DNA of 63,479 bases, counting the filler, from Choristocarpus tenellus KU-1152 (taxonomy: Eukaryota; Protista; Phaeophyceae), in assembly GCA_964200185.2 (NCBI GenBank). It is 13 parts of 13 records of this genome, joined end to end, with 100 filler letters (N's around TTAATTAATTAA, not from the genome) between each part and the next. Parts side by side here need not be neighbours in the genome. Positions count along the whole stretch, not along the records: positions 26,336 to 32,260 come from CAXNAD020009396.1; positions 32,361 to 36,754 come from CAXNAD020014763.1; positions 36,855 to 39,833 come from CAXNAD020023202.1; 10 more parts are not named here. One strand, written 5' to 3'. Both the position numbers and the translations under genes were made by a program. Positions 26,336 to 38,824 of this stretch are shown here, piece by piece; position 1 is the stretch's first letter; each line of letters opens with the position of its first letter. The notes beneath the pieces were generated by a model. That model was given only the letters and a program-made list of their open reading frames with translations. It was not told the origin of the DNA and did not search any database.

Positions 26336-29300
26336 CCGAGCACCGGTTGGAGGCCCTGCCCTCGCTTTCCCCTTCCCCCTCCCCCCCTCCCCACTTCCAG
26401 CAACTACTCTCCCACCCAAATCAGCGAGGGGTTCAACCATATCTACGGACCCACTCGAGGTGGATTCAGCAGATTCAGCAGTAACAGCGGAACCCCTCAC
26501 AGCAGATATGAACTCCTTTACCTGATCCTCCAGCCGCTTTACCAAAAGAACCATGTTGGCCTGGTTCTCTTCAGACTCAGCAAGTCGAGCCCGGAGCTCT
26601 TCAACCTCTTTGACCAAACCCGCCATTTTTACAGAAAAATCTTCGTAATCGTGGGAGTTTCCTCCTCCTACATCTTCCCCATGCTCATCCTTTGAACCAC
26701 TAGTGATGTCCTTGCCACCATTTCTATTTTTAGAACCACGGTTCGCTCCCCTCCTTGGAGGGGGGTTCTGGTTCTTCCATGCATCCCTGCTGCGCTTCCC
26801 TTGGTACCCCCAGGAGGCGTCGCCTTGCAGACTGTCTAGATCATACCTGGCAGGGGCAGTGCTTGCTCCAGGCGGGACCGAGGTGGCAGCAGAAATGGCA
26901 TCTGCCTGCTTGGTAGCCACCACCACAGCCCAGAGCCAACAGGATGGTGCACCAGAGCAATGAGAAAGTGTGGAGTGATGGTGAGGACAGGGAATGGTGG
27001 AAGAGATATGGGGGGCCTGGGCACAGTGGCTTCAGTCTTGTCATAGGACTATGAGACCATTCTGCCCTATGATGTGATCAGCTCTATGATGTTGTACCTA
27101 TAATCACACTGTACCAAATCACATGGTACCTATAAGCCTGTGCTAATAGTGGTATATTGGTTAAACCTTGATAGACGTAGTAGAGTAAATTCTGTCGGTC
27201 ATTGTTCTATCATAGACCAAACAAAAACAGATGTACCAAAGATGAAAAACGCCTCCAGCATACTGAGTGAAACCCACAAGCCCTAGAGCTACACCACCAC
27301 TGATATCTATTATTATTTTGCAAAGCGGTAAGAGTCGTCACGAAGTTATTTCCAATATTTAGGAAAACTTCAGGTACAAGGGTTATTTCCAACAGGTAGA
27401 CGCACAAGAAACTTATGGTTAGGGTTAGGGTTAGTAGTGACAGAGGGTTAGGGCTAGGGTTAGGGTTAGTAGAGACGGAGTCTTGATCGGGCCCTGAAAG
27501 ACAGATGTAGGATGTCCTATCAACAAATGAGCGAGAAACTGTCTCTGAGATGGTTGTTGATCCGGACCCGTCTATTCAAATTATTTAACTTAGACCTCTA
27601 TGAACCTTGCACAAAAAGCTCTATGCCCATGCCCACACGCCCACACGCCCACATGCCCAAAACGCAGTTAGTTAACCCTCTGCTACAGGAGAAGAGGTGT
27701 ATCCGTCCAAAGAAAAATCCACTGTGAACGAACACATCACTCACTGAAAACACCTTCCACAATGCAGTTAACCCTAACCCTAGCCCTAACCCTAACCCTA
27801 ACCCTAACAGTGAAACAAAACTCGCTTCTTAGATGATACCGCTCAATACTGAACCCCAGGTATCCTCTCACCTTGCATTGGGAGCACATTCCCCAGTCCT
27901 CCAGCTCCTGTGTCGTGGCAGGGCTCGAGCACCGAGGACAGTCTGGGAGGTCTGGGAAAACCACCTCCTCCCTTCGCTCCGGCGCCTTCACAAAAAAATA
28001 AATAAATAAAAAATACCAGAGTGTGTATACAGCATTCAAAGGTTGACAGGGACAATAAAGGTCAAGACAGCACAAAAGACAATTCATTGCACAGTGCCAG
28101 TCAGTCACTCTATTATTATTATTATTATTACTGTTACAAGTGGGTGTATCTATATATAAGAGAGGGTAGGGGCAAACGGAAAAAAAACTCTCTTATATCC
28201 GGATCCTCTTTTATTGCATGTAAGAGCACTTTTCTCTTAAACTGAGGGATCGTTGTAAGAGAAACCTATGTTATATCGAGCAACAGTGATTGTAGACACT
28301 TTATATTTGTCCCCGAATGACGATAGAGTGACGCCCTTGCTGTATGTGTTTCCCATGTGCCTTCAAGAGTAGCTACATGAGAATATGTATTGAACATTGC
28401 CCTCGGTAAGCCCATTTCGATGAAGCTGTGATAGTCCAGCAAGCACCAAATCTACACCACCCCTGTATAGAATACCAGTGTCATATGTATACAGTACCAT
28501 AACTTCAGTAAACTACACTCATCACGATGTATTCAATTATATGTATAGTACACCTTCCCAAGAAAAGCATCCTCAAGCTGTTGATGGCTGGACAAATGAT
28601 TCACAGTTCAAATCAAATAATTTGTCAATTTAATCTCTCAAAGTCAATTTCCCCCCGATGCCCTGCCCTACGCATTCAATCGCACTCTACAAGGATACTA
28701 TACAGTACAGTATCAAAACAGTATCAAAAACGCCACCGTGGACCAAGTGCAGTTCCACCCGCATGCACCCACCCCCCCATCATGCGAAAAAAAACGCGAC
28801 AGCCAAAAAAATCACGAGTGTCCGCTTGTTTGATTTCCCTTGCCCCAACTGCGCTAAGCCAAGCCAGCTTTGCTTCCGGAGATGGTACGAGACATCGCTC
28901 ATGCTACACTCTTCGGTGATTGCTTCTAAACTTGCAACTCGTCAGCTGCTTGAGGGTACGGCAGTGGAGGAATCGAGAACACCAAGAGGTTGCTCCTTTC
29001 CTCACGACCCCCGATTCGATGCCCCCTCCAATAAGCCCATCGTCATCCTCGTCACCCGAGCTTTCATCGTCTGACTGGTACAAGGACTCCTTGAGCAGCT
29101 GGTCTTTCATGTCCTCTAGTATCGCATGGTGTACCTATATAATAATCCCATATGGACACCTTGTGGGATGTACCTCTACGAGCAAAATGGCCACCCGTGA
29201 TACTCCAAGTACATGGTACAGGTATTACAATACGACACAAACGCGCGCAAAAATACAAAAAATTCAATCATGGATCCTCATCAGCACACAGTGCAGAAAG

Positions 29301-31796
29301 ACAATTCAATCACGATCACAGTCAACCTACTTTCAGACGTTCAATCCACACGCTGACGCACCTCGACATATTTGGCACCCCTTGTAGACTTGGCGTCAGG
29401 CTTCAGCGTCTGCGCTTTCTCCACGATGGTTGTTGCCTCCTTCTTTAACTTGTAGAGGGTGCTGTGACCGATTCCAAACTTTTGTGCAACTGCAGTTCCC
29501 TTCATGGTCTTCAGGAGTGTCAGCGCTTCCACTTTCTCCGCAAAGCTCAAGCGTTTACGACTGTCGGCACCGCGAGGCTTGTAGGACGTCGTTTTCTCCG
29601 TAGATCTATTTGGCAGCACCTTCTCCTTGCCCTCGTTCTTGGTATCGTGGCGCTTCGACGCCTTGTCGTCACCGGCTGGAGGACCAGAAGCTTTGCGCTT
29701 GGTGGGACTCATGCACAATTTGCACAGGCGTTTCATTTCACTAGCGCCTAAAGGATCCACGACGCCGCAAATGCCATGAAGATAGCCGCTACAAACGCGA
29801 CACTTATGGCATGTATAGTCTGGCGGACCTGGAGTATCACCCTGTATATTGCAGTTGGATCCCGCTGTGCAGGGCATCGTTATATCTGTACAGCGCAGTC
29901 GTCTAAACTTGATGCAATATACTGGATGTACTGTACTGTACAGTACTGAGAGACATAGGACTACTATCCTCTGTACTCTTGGTCTTGACCACCTTTGTCC
30001 CCAATGTTGTTATATATTACTAAACTCTAGACATGGCTATTGGGAAACCCCTTTGATGAAGTAGTATATATGTTGTAAAAAAATGTAAGTTTGCTCGATA
30101 TAAGAGAAAAATGGGAGGAAAACGCTGAAACTTCTCTTATAGCCTGAAAAGGCGTGGCAATCCCATTTATCCTCTCTTATATCTCGTTTTCTCTTATATC
30201 CATCTTCTCTTATATCCCATTAACTCTTATATTGATCTCTGTAACCTGAAAAGTGGTGACAATGCAATTTACCCTCTCATATATCCAGTTCCCTTATATC
30301 GACACTATCTTATATATATTATTATACCCTCTCATATTTCCAGATGTGTCCGGTTAAAAAACGAATGAAAACAATTTAAATGTCAGGATAACCCCCCAAA
30401 AAGTAACAGCTGTTATTAATCTATTTACTATTTCACTGGTGTTGTCATTCTGTGACTCCAACTTATATTGGTAAACCACCGTGTTATTATCACTAATATT
30501 ATTACCATTATTTTTTTTAAGCCCTCTGACATTTTGTAGATGTGTCAAAAACAAGGAAAAACTACTCACATACATGTCAGAAAATTCCCCAAGGAAGTTA
30601 AATTTGTCACATATGCGAAACATTACTCTATTTGTTATTTCAATACTTTCTATGTTGTACCACTGCCTTCCTGTGTCGCCAATCTACCTATTCCTACAAT
30701 CCAAAGTGATGACCTAGCATTATCATATTTATTACTATAGTTATTACCACTAATACTACTACTATTACTTAAGGTTAGTAGTGGTAGTGCTATTATTATC
30801 ACTATTATTGTTATTACGATTACATACATTATTATGCCCTCTGCCAATTTGCAGATATGTCGCAATAACTACTACTACTATTATTACTGTTACTCTTACT
30901 ATTTTTGGGAAGGGGGAATGTGTGTCTAAGGGAAGGGATCATAGTCAACAACAATTAAACTTGTTCAAGATAGCATGTAGTCTTTTAATTGACGGGTGCT
31001 ATCTCTAAAAATAATCCTAGTTTTTTTAAAGGTTCTATCCACAGTTATTTTCTACTGAAAAAAAAAAAAGTGACTACACTCACACTTTCGATCATCATCA
31101 TTTTTAAAGATCACAAAGTATTTGGTAAAGAAAATAATTCTGTCATAAAATAAAAATCCAAGGGGCCTGTGCAACCAGAGTCAAACAAAAAATAATCCTA
31201 AATACACTGTACATAACCAATACATCAACCCGCCCCAAAAGAAGGGAGTCTCTGGAAAACACACAACGAACATATATACCAAAAAATAAAAATATAAAAT
31301 AATAAAAATAAACATTATTGTGACACATCACTCCAATTTCTTAACAGTAGTATCAGACTCTACCACTATCTCACCTCACCATGGTAGATACAAGCAGACG
31401 ACGTTTCTACACCATCCCTAGATTTTATTCTTATTTATATCTCTGCTGTAATTTAATAATCCGTATTTTAAAAATGAACCAATTAAAAAAAAAGAGTTCC
31501 TCTAATTTTTTTTTACAATGCGACAAGTTGATTTCTTTCCTGTAATTAAATAAATAATCCGTATTTTAAAATGAACCAATGAAAAAAAAAAATCCTCTCA
31601 TTTTTTTTTGTGACAAACTGATGCGTTCTCCTGGCAAAGAATACATAAATAGTAACAGGTAGAGAGTAGTAAACGCGCATGCAAACACAACCAGTCTAAA
31701 AAGGAATCTCACCTTCCCGTCCAAGTCGACCACAGGCTTTCCCTGTAAGTCTCGCTTGATGCCTCCTCCTCCCTGCTTCAGCCTATTCTTGAAGTC
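26336..31796 (-). CDS. Internal exons of a protein with a cyanobacterial DUF721/DciA-type C-terminal zinc ribbon and a coiled-coil extension; partial at both ends
   Basis: Phase-0 exons 31796-31713 (DFKNRLKQGGGGIKRDLQGKPVVDLDGK), 27985-27872 (APERREEVVFPDLPDCPRCSSPATTQELEDWGMCSQCK) and probably 26905/26908 to the contig end at 26336 (open frame with coiled coil LVKEVEELRARLAESEENQANMVLLVKRLEDQVKEF). The motif LPxCPxCxxP-x3-ELxxWGxCxxC recalls cyanobacterial DUF721 proteins. Confidence 0.55.
27417..27469 (+). repeat. Interstitial telomere-like (TTAGGG)n tract, interrupted
   Basis: GGTTAGGGTTAGGGTTAG...GGGTTAGGGCTAGGGTTAGGGTTAG. Confidence 0.85.
27769..27808 (-). repeat. Interstitial telomere-like (CCCTAA)n tract
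   Basis: TAACCCTAACCCTAGCCCTAACCCTAACCCTAACCCTAAC. Confidence 0.9.
28135..30340 (-). mobile_element. Internally deleted pogo/Tigger-like DNA transposon in an intron; ends approximate
   Basis: Carries a CENP-B-type HTH ORF but no DDE domain is visible. Both flanks (28150-28280 and 30090-30340) hold clustered TATAAGAGA / TCTCTTATATC motifs. Confidence 0.65.
29362..29877 (-). CDS. pogo/Tigger-like transposase N-terminal exon: Cys/His zinc finger plus CENP-B/psq-type HTH
   Basis: HKCRVCSGYLHGICG...RLCKLC followed by RKRLSFAEKVEALTLLKTMKGTAVAQKFGIGHSTLYKLKK...RGAKYVE|GTGCGT donor. Confidence 0.75.
31447..31632. repeat. Imperfect tandem duplication, about 95 bp x2
   Basis: AATAATCCGTATTTTAAAATGAACCAAT occurs twice with collinear flanks. 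Confidence 0.75.
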
Positions 31797-32716
31797 CTGC
31801 ACGATGAGATGCAGGTTCGGGAGCAATCATTAATTATTATTATTATTATTATTACTATTACTATTATAACAATCAAATGAATAAAATAATAGTAATATAA
31901 ATAACTACAAAATAAATCAAAATAGTAATGATAATAATTGTAATAATAGCAATGCAGTACAGTCTGGGCAACACTTACAATGAGGCAACACAAAGGCCAC
32001 AAAATTTGCCAAGAGGGGGGCTGGGGGAGGACATTACCATACACCACGGGTTTCTGCTAACAACAACCCCAAACCTGCACTACAGCAACCCTTTCATAGA
32101 GAGAGGGGACTTCATTCAGACAAATTCTGAGCATTCAGGATTTCCTAAAACATTCTGTCAGACACCCCCATCCTATCGCCTCAATTGCAGTCAACCCCCT
32201 AACCCCAACCCCCACCCCCACCCCCACAGAACCGAAAAGCCGCCTGTAGGGGAAGAGGGGNNNNNNNNNNNNNNNNNNNNNNNNNNNNNNNNNNNNNNNN
32301 NNNNTTAATTAATTAANNNNNNNNNNNNNNNNNNNNNNNNNNNNNNNNNNNNNNNNNNNNCCCATCCTCAATGAAAAGCTCCATCCTCAATTTTTGAAAT
32401 CGGCTGTTTTATCTCAAAACAACCAGGAAAAATGCATCACATTAAGTTAAAATTAACTCCAAGACTGGCACTATGAAGGTGGTTCTAGAAACAAGGGGAA
32501 AGTACCACAAGCCTGTCATGCCCTGTCTAGCCAATTAGAACAGTATTCTGAAGCACATCTTACATGTTGAAATCACAGCATGCCCATTATGGATACAAAG
32601 TGTCGCAGGTACTCCTTCACTGCTCCCTTCCTGGTGAGACCTCCACACCCCTTAACATTGTATGAGTCGCTAGCCCATCCAGGAATAGCTTCTGCCTCTG
32701 CACCAAGACGCCCAAA

Positions 32717-32975
32717 CAGTCAAAGTATCTTAGAGAGTAGAGTCACTTCTGTTTGGAGGCCAAAATCCAATGTTGCGATTTTGATGTAATTTAAATGTAA
32801 TTGCGTTTGTTTGGAAGTGTCAATATCCTTGTTCCGGACACACACTTTCATAACGTAAATATTTTACCCCCTCTGAAACATGTTAGAGTAGGAAAATGTC
32901 ATAAAAACCCATGGGGAGTCAAGTCCCAAATGGACAAACAAGGTAAAACTCGTACCCTCTAAGATACTTTCACTC
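32717..32975. mobile_element. MITE family A copy 2 (259 bp)
   Basis: CAGTCAAAGTATCTTAGAGAGTAG...GTACCCTCTAAGATACTTTCACTC; TSD not clean (CAAA/ACAA). Confidence 0.92.
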
Positions 32976-34170
32976 ACAACTTCTAGATGGTACTAAGCAT
33001 TCGATTGGCTGATGAGCAGGATATCACTGAAGCGGCCAAAAATCGAGTGGCACCACCCTCCAGTAATGATACTACAGGAATTCCCAATACAGCATTTTTT
33101 GTCAGTTTCCAACACTGTTGTTGGAGACATGCGCCTCTTCTAGTATGAAGGTGAGCATATAAAGACAACTTGCCCTTTGTGTCATGTCTGAGGACATATG
33201 TTGCACAGTATTGCTAGCTCTAAGTAGTTATGTATCTCCCCAGCCATCCATACACAATCAGTACAGTGGTGAATACTTCAAAAGGTTTTACCTACCTGAT
33301 GCGCTGTATGTATGCAATGGGATACTGTATACTATATACATCTTAAAGTTTAGGGTAAAGCACGATGTAACTGTTGCCGAATTGCAAATCTTGAGCCCCA
33401 CATCTATCATCTGTCTCGTTAATAATCAACAACCAAGACTACAGAAACACGAAAAAAAGGTATACCCTAACTACACAATGAGATCATTGCCATCCCTTGC
33501 AAAGTGTAGAAGTAATGCAGCAGAAGCATTTTCTTTAGAGTCTTTGCTTTGAGGCTCTACACTTGTGCATATACATAGTATATATAACTCCTTCAAAGCA
33601 ATGGATAAAACTTCAGCATGTCGGTGGTGCTCCAAAGGCGATGGGACACACGGAATAACGCATATACACAATAAAGGAAAACCATCCCCACCTAGTAGAC
33701 TGCAACAGATAAATCATGTAACAAAGTGACTTGTGTTTACAACCAACAAAAAAGGGGAATGAATAATTACAAAAAACAAAATTGACATCATTGTGGCTTA
33801 CCCCTCCCTCAAATTTTCTAATCATCGCTCCTACACGTGAAACAAAACAATGCCTTCGTATGTACTATTGAGCTCATCCTGTTGCCCTTTACTGAGCCTT
33901 CACAACTCTACCAACAGGGGCAGCAGGAAATGCCTGGAAGGAAGCAACTATCTCACACAATTCATACCAAGCCAACTACATTCCACCAGCAGAAGCACAA
34001 AAATGACCCCACCACAGTGGCTCAACAGTACTCTACCCAAATCATAGCCCCCCCCCCCCTTCCCCCTTCCAACCTCAGAGCAACAATAAATATACGAATC
34101 CTTAGCTCCATCCCGCCAAAAACACCACTAGTCCAGATTTCTGACACACACTTTAGAGATGTCGAACTTG

Positions 34171-34978
34171 TCATTGTGTTTTAAAATCATAAGCAGACCC
34201 TACGGCATCCACTGCCATGGTATAGTCGTAATCCACAGTGGGGACAACCGATTGGATAAATTTCAGGAATATAAACAAGTATTGGTCCACCCGTGCCTCC
34301 TTCCCTCCACATGTTAGATTCTCAAGCATGCAACGCATGACTGCTGCATGCTGCTTGTTGTCCAGGGGGGCGGGGGGGCAGGAGGCAGGGGATGGGGGGC
34401 GGTGAGAGGCAACGCCTTACAACTGACTTGATCAAAGTATCAGTGACGAACTGTTAGTTCTATATCACTGTTTCACCACTTGCAGTGATCACAAAAACCT
34501 CACAGGCAAGGTATAGTCCAGAATATTGGCAAAAAAAAACACACACATTTTTTTGCCCAAAAAACGAAAATACTAGAGAGAGGGAGAGAGAGAGAGAGGA
34601 ACAAGTATCTTTTCCATTTCTTCATCACAAAAAACCCACCACCATTAAAAGATCACAGTAAACCTAACCTTAGCACAGTCCCACCAACACCCGCATCATC
34701 ACGATCAGCACTTAAAGCGTTAAAAAAAAAAATGCCAGTAAAAAACCCCAGCAGAAACAAACGCCTCCTGAAAAAATCCCACCTAAAACGGCCAACTTGG
34801 ATACTTTACACTACAACATGACAAAACTGGACATGGATGGACACACAATCACCTGACATGGATGGACGGAGGCATGGTGCGATGACAGGTGAGGGTGCAA
34901 CTCCATGGTCACTGTTTTCTTAGCGTAGTCTTGTATTACGTCCTCAAACACACTTTCCTCTGCCAACGCCTGACCCGA
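34171..34978 (-). CDS. ATG3: Autophagy-related protein 3 (E2-like enzyme), last two exons, 5'-partial
   Basis: Exons 34978-34853 and 34350-34171: SGQALAEESVFEDVIQDYAKKTVTMELHPHLSSHHASVHPCQ|HAAVMRCMLENL...VDQYLFIFLKFIQSVVPTVDYDYTM...*. Contains the catalytic HPC motif and the YLFIFLKF..SV.PT..YDYT signature. Confidence 0.95.
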
Positions 34979-35789
34979 CTGGAACGAAGGGGAGTGTGGG
35001 GGGGGAACGGCGGTAAGTTTCTGAGCTACGATGGAGGGAGGGAGTGGGAGTGGGTGCACACAAAGCCTTAACAATGTATTTACCAGGTTCTCTGGCCAAT
35101 CGTGGACACTAAGGTCACTCAGAACTCCAGAAAACACCGCCCAAAGACTGTGCTCTTGAGGTGTTGGAAGTATTTCTCTGACCCCACATGCCCCACACGG
35201 AGCTCTACCCCCAAACAAACCCCATACGCATACACCTACACTCGAAATGTCATCACCTGCTCTAAGGTCTGAGCATGTTGCAAAAGAGGTAAATTGGTAT
35301 TGACAACAATTACCTGTCAGCTGATGATACCCTCGCGAACAAGAACCACACTGCACCACCCCCACTAATACATCACCCCCCTCTCCCCCCTTCCCGCATC
35401 ACAAATGGCTTGTGTTTGTGTAAAAAAAAACACTTCATAACAAAGAGAGCGGTGACCCCAAAGGAGAAGGAGAAAAGTCTTCCTTCCACCTCTTAACAAA
35501 CTCCACCTCGTACAACAAGAGTCGTCCGAGGACAGCAAACGGCAACCCCCCCACCAATCAGAGTATGCACTAATCAGCTCACACTTATCAGAAGAGTTTT
35601 ATCGCTTTGAAAAAGAAAAAAATCAGCGCAAAAGGTACCAGTACCGTTAAAAAAAAAAGTGTTCTCGAAGTGTGACCACGAATGGCTGTCCACAATACAC
35701 AATCTACTCCACTACACTTTGAAAACTGTAGGATTTAAGATGTTGCTTGCTAATTAAGAATCAAAAACAGAAAAAGTTATACGTACATC

Positions 35790-35879
35790 CCTGCCGCCCA
35801 ATCACAAAACACCAATTCCCCTGGTTAGGACCCAAATTGATGCCCTGGTGTAGCCCCCCCCCCCCAGATACTTTGAGCC
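35790..35879. mobile_element. MITE family B terminal fragment in an ATG3 intron
   Basis: CCCAAATTGATGCCCTGGTGTAG(C)nAGATACTTTGAGCC. Confidence 0.75.
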
Positions 35880-36677
35880 ACTTCAACTAAGAACCTTGTC
35901 TTACGCGACACAAGTCTGGTGATGTGCTGGGTCAATTTCTTCATGTTTGTCATTAACCCCTGAACCATGAAGTAGGCCACACAAACACCCTAATAACAAC
36001 AATAATAATGGTGATCAAGAGCCCACTTTCCTGCAAAAAAGCCACGGAGACCACACTGCACTGAGATACCAAAAAAAAACAGCGCACGTCTCGCTCGCAG
36101 AGTCCAGCAGTACATGCGTCTCAATTCACATACTGCAATAAACATCTAATTATTATCGAGTGCAACAAAACGTTCACACTCAAGTCGATTCATGATCTAC
36201 ACTCATTAAATCACCTTCCACGGTTCACAGCAATAAAAAACAAAACAAGGGTTGTCGCTTCTTACAAATTGTATCCTCAATGGCATTTAGATACAAGCGA
36301 AAACACTATCAATGAAAAAAACAGAACAACAGCCTCCAAAACAACCCGTCTCTGCTATATGAGTCATTTTACATAGCATTGAGATGAATGCAGCAATTGA
36401 AGTCCTAGTTGGACCGTCCACATTCACTAGTACCACACAGTCACTGCAGTACCAAAATGTTGTCTTATCCTGTGGTCCAATAACAGTCCAATTATTTCAC
36501 TGACTGCAATGCAACATACATACAACCTTGCTGGTGCTGTGGAGACGATGGCTCTGTTGGTATCAAATAATGCGTGTTCGTACTCAATGCCCCTCTGCAA
36601 AAGCCTTCCAGGACACGATTTGCAGACAAATTTTAAGGATGAGGTAGGGTGCACAGTTCTGGGGAACTAGCAAAATC

Positions 36678-36710
<33 letters not shown>

Positions 36711-37342
36711 ACAAAACAGGAAAAAAAAAACAAAACAAATATATATTTTTACCCNNNNNNNNNNNNNNNNNNNNNNNNNNNNNNNNNNNNNNNNNNNNTT
36801 AATTAATTAANNNNNNNNNNNNNNNNNNNNNNNNNNNNNNNNNNNNNNNNNNNNGGGGGGCGGGGGGGGGGGGGGGGGGTGCGGTGGGGGGGGAATGGTG
36901 CGACACTACAGGCCAAAGGTCTCACTGTGCTTTTTTTATTGCTCATTGATTTTTGCTACAGAGCTAGCTCTGGGGCTGTGGTAGGACAAGGGGATAGAGT
37001 AGGTAGTAGAGAGGTCGTTTTAGGGTTACGGCACACAGCGAGTTGTTGGTCTTTGAATTGCGTGGGGAAACAAATATAGGGTTAAGGGGCGGTGGGTCGG
37101 TAAGATGGTATGACGGTATGACGCTTGTCACCGGCGGTGTGATGTATATATATATACATATATATATATATATACCAAACACACATCATCATCCGTAGTT
37201 TGATTTTTTGTTTGGTTTATGCAGAGACTGTTAGTAATGATTTGCTACTCTATTTTCTACCCCTTATACAGTTGGAACTCCAAACAAGAAGGAGGGGGGT
37301 TAAAAAATATATATATATATATTTTTATTTTTTTCACTGCAG

Positions 37343-38824
37343 GACTGAAGACGGCCGTGTTCTCGGGTAAGGACGTGGGCGGCACGTGCGTTAACAGGGG
37401 CTGTGTGCCTTCCAAGGCGTTGCTGGCAGCTGCAGGGCGGGTCCGGGAGATGGGAGATGAGTCGCACCTGGAGGGGCTGGGCATCAAGGTGAGTGGTGTG
37501 TTCAGTACGGAAGGTTTGTTGTACCTTAAAACTGCGTAACTTTTTTTGTTGTACAATAGGGTTGGGGTTAGGGTTAGGGTTGTATATAGGGGGGTAGAGT
37601 TTCGAGGGGTGTGTCGTGTAAGTGCCGATGAATATCGTTATTGTTTTATTATTATTTGTGAAGAATTTTGTTTAAACAGCGCGCTGTACACAGAAGAATA
37701 ATTACATTTTTATCGTTTCGTGCTGACTATATTTATATTTACATATATATTTGTATGTTTTTTTTTTAATGAGTCGGCATGAAGAAGCGTTATCGCCATA
37801 ATGATTGTGTGTGTGTGTTTGTTTTTTATGTGATCTTTGTGGCGCTCTCTTTCAACTTGGAAGGACATTTATTACTTGGGGTTATTCCGCTGGACGTGTC
37901 TGTAAGGTCTTAAGTCGGCAATTAATGAATTAATTGGACGGCAGCAACATCACCACTCACGCGAAAGGAGAGAACACTGATCGCTTTGAGGGGCCTGATA
38001 TTTGGATACTTACCCCTGCTGGACGTCAAACTGCAAACTCCCGCCCTAAAACTACTTGTCATTTAATTTTGTATTTATTTTTGAGGTTACATTTTTTATT
38101 CAAATAAGCCGACAACGTTTCCACCGCGATTAATTGCTACAGATTTTTATTTATTTATTTATTTACCCCCCTTTGCCCCCCACCCCTTTCATTTTTCAGG
38201 CACTAGAACGGTTTAATTGACCGGGTAAGAGTCCATCCTGATCATTTTTATTATTTTTGTTTTGTTTTTTGTTTTTTTGGGGGGGGGGTTCTTCTGTCGC
38301 TCCCCACCTCTCTTTTTTTGTTATTGCTGAAGGTGTTGCGAGAAGGCGTGTGTGTGTGTGTGTGTTATGAGGTAGACGGTAAAGGAACTCGAAGGGGGCA
38401 ATGAAGTGAGAAGAAAGGTATTCCTACCTAACCCTTGGTAACGACAGCATCCCGTTGTTGGCTGTAATGGGATTACATTATTGAATATTCCCATTGGGGT
38501 GAGCAAGCAAGCGCTCCAGGGGGATTGTATCCCATTCCATAACTGATTTCAACACCACAATGGCGGCCTGCTGTATTAGTTCAAGAATCCCAGAAAGCTG
38601 CGTTCTTTTGACTGAGTGCGACATGGCGGAACTCTGTTGGTGCAAATGTTTCTCACTGTGGCATACCCAATTCCTTCTGATCAATCGATTTGGCGTGAAT
38701 TTTTCATTCCCTCCAACTCCCCCCCCCCCACAGGTGTCTGGAGTTGAATATGACCGGGCAGGGGTGGCGGCCCATGCAAAGAACCTGGCCAATCGTGTCA
38801 AGGGCAACCTTGAGGCAAGTCTTG
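37343..38824 (+). CDS. lpdA: Dihydrolipoamide dehydrogenase (E3), plastid/cyanobacterial type, two internal exons
   Basis: Exons 37343-37488 and 38734-38824: [49 protein letters not shown]|[30 protein letters not shown]. Contains the redox-active [15 protein letters not shown] motif; GRVRE...HL..LGI is typical of the plastid clade. Confidence 0.93.

Noticed and set aside
31381-31417. Possible extra micro-exon of the zinc-ribbon gene
   Set aside because: AG and GTGAGG sites exist, but the length would break the phase between the flanking phase-0 exons.
30354-32047. Hydrophobic or Ile/Tyr-rich short ORFs
   Set aside because: Translations of intronic (ATT)n/(ACT)n microsatellites.
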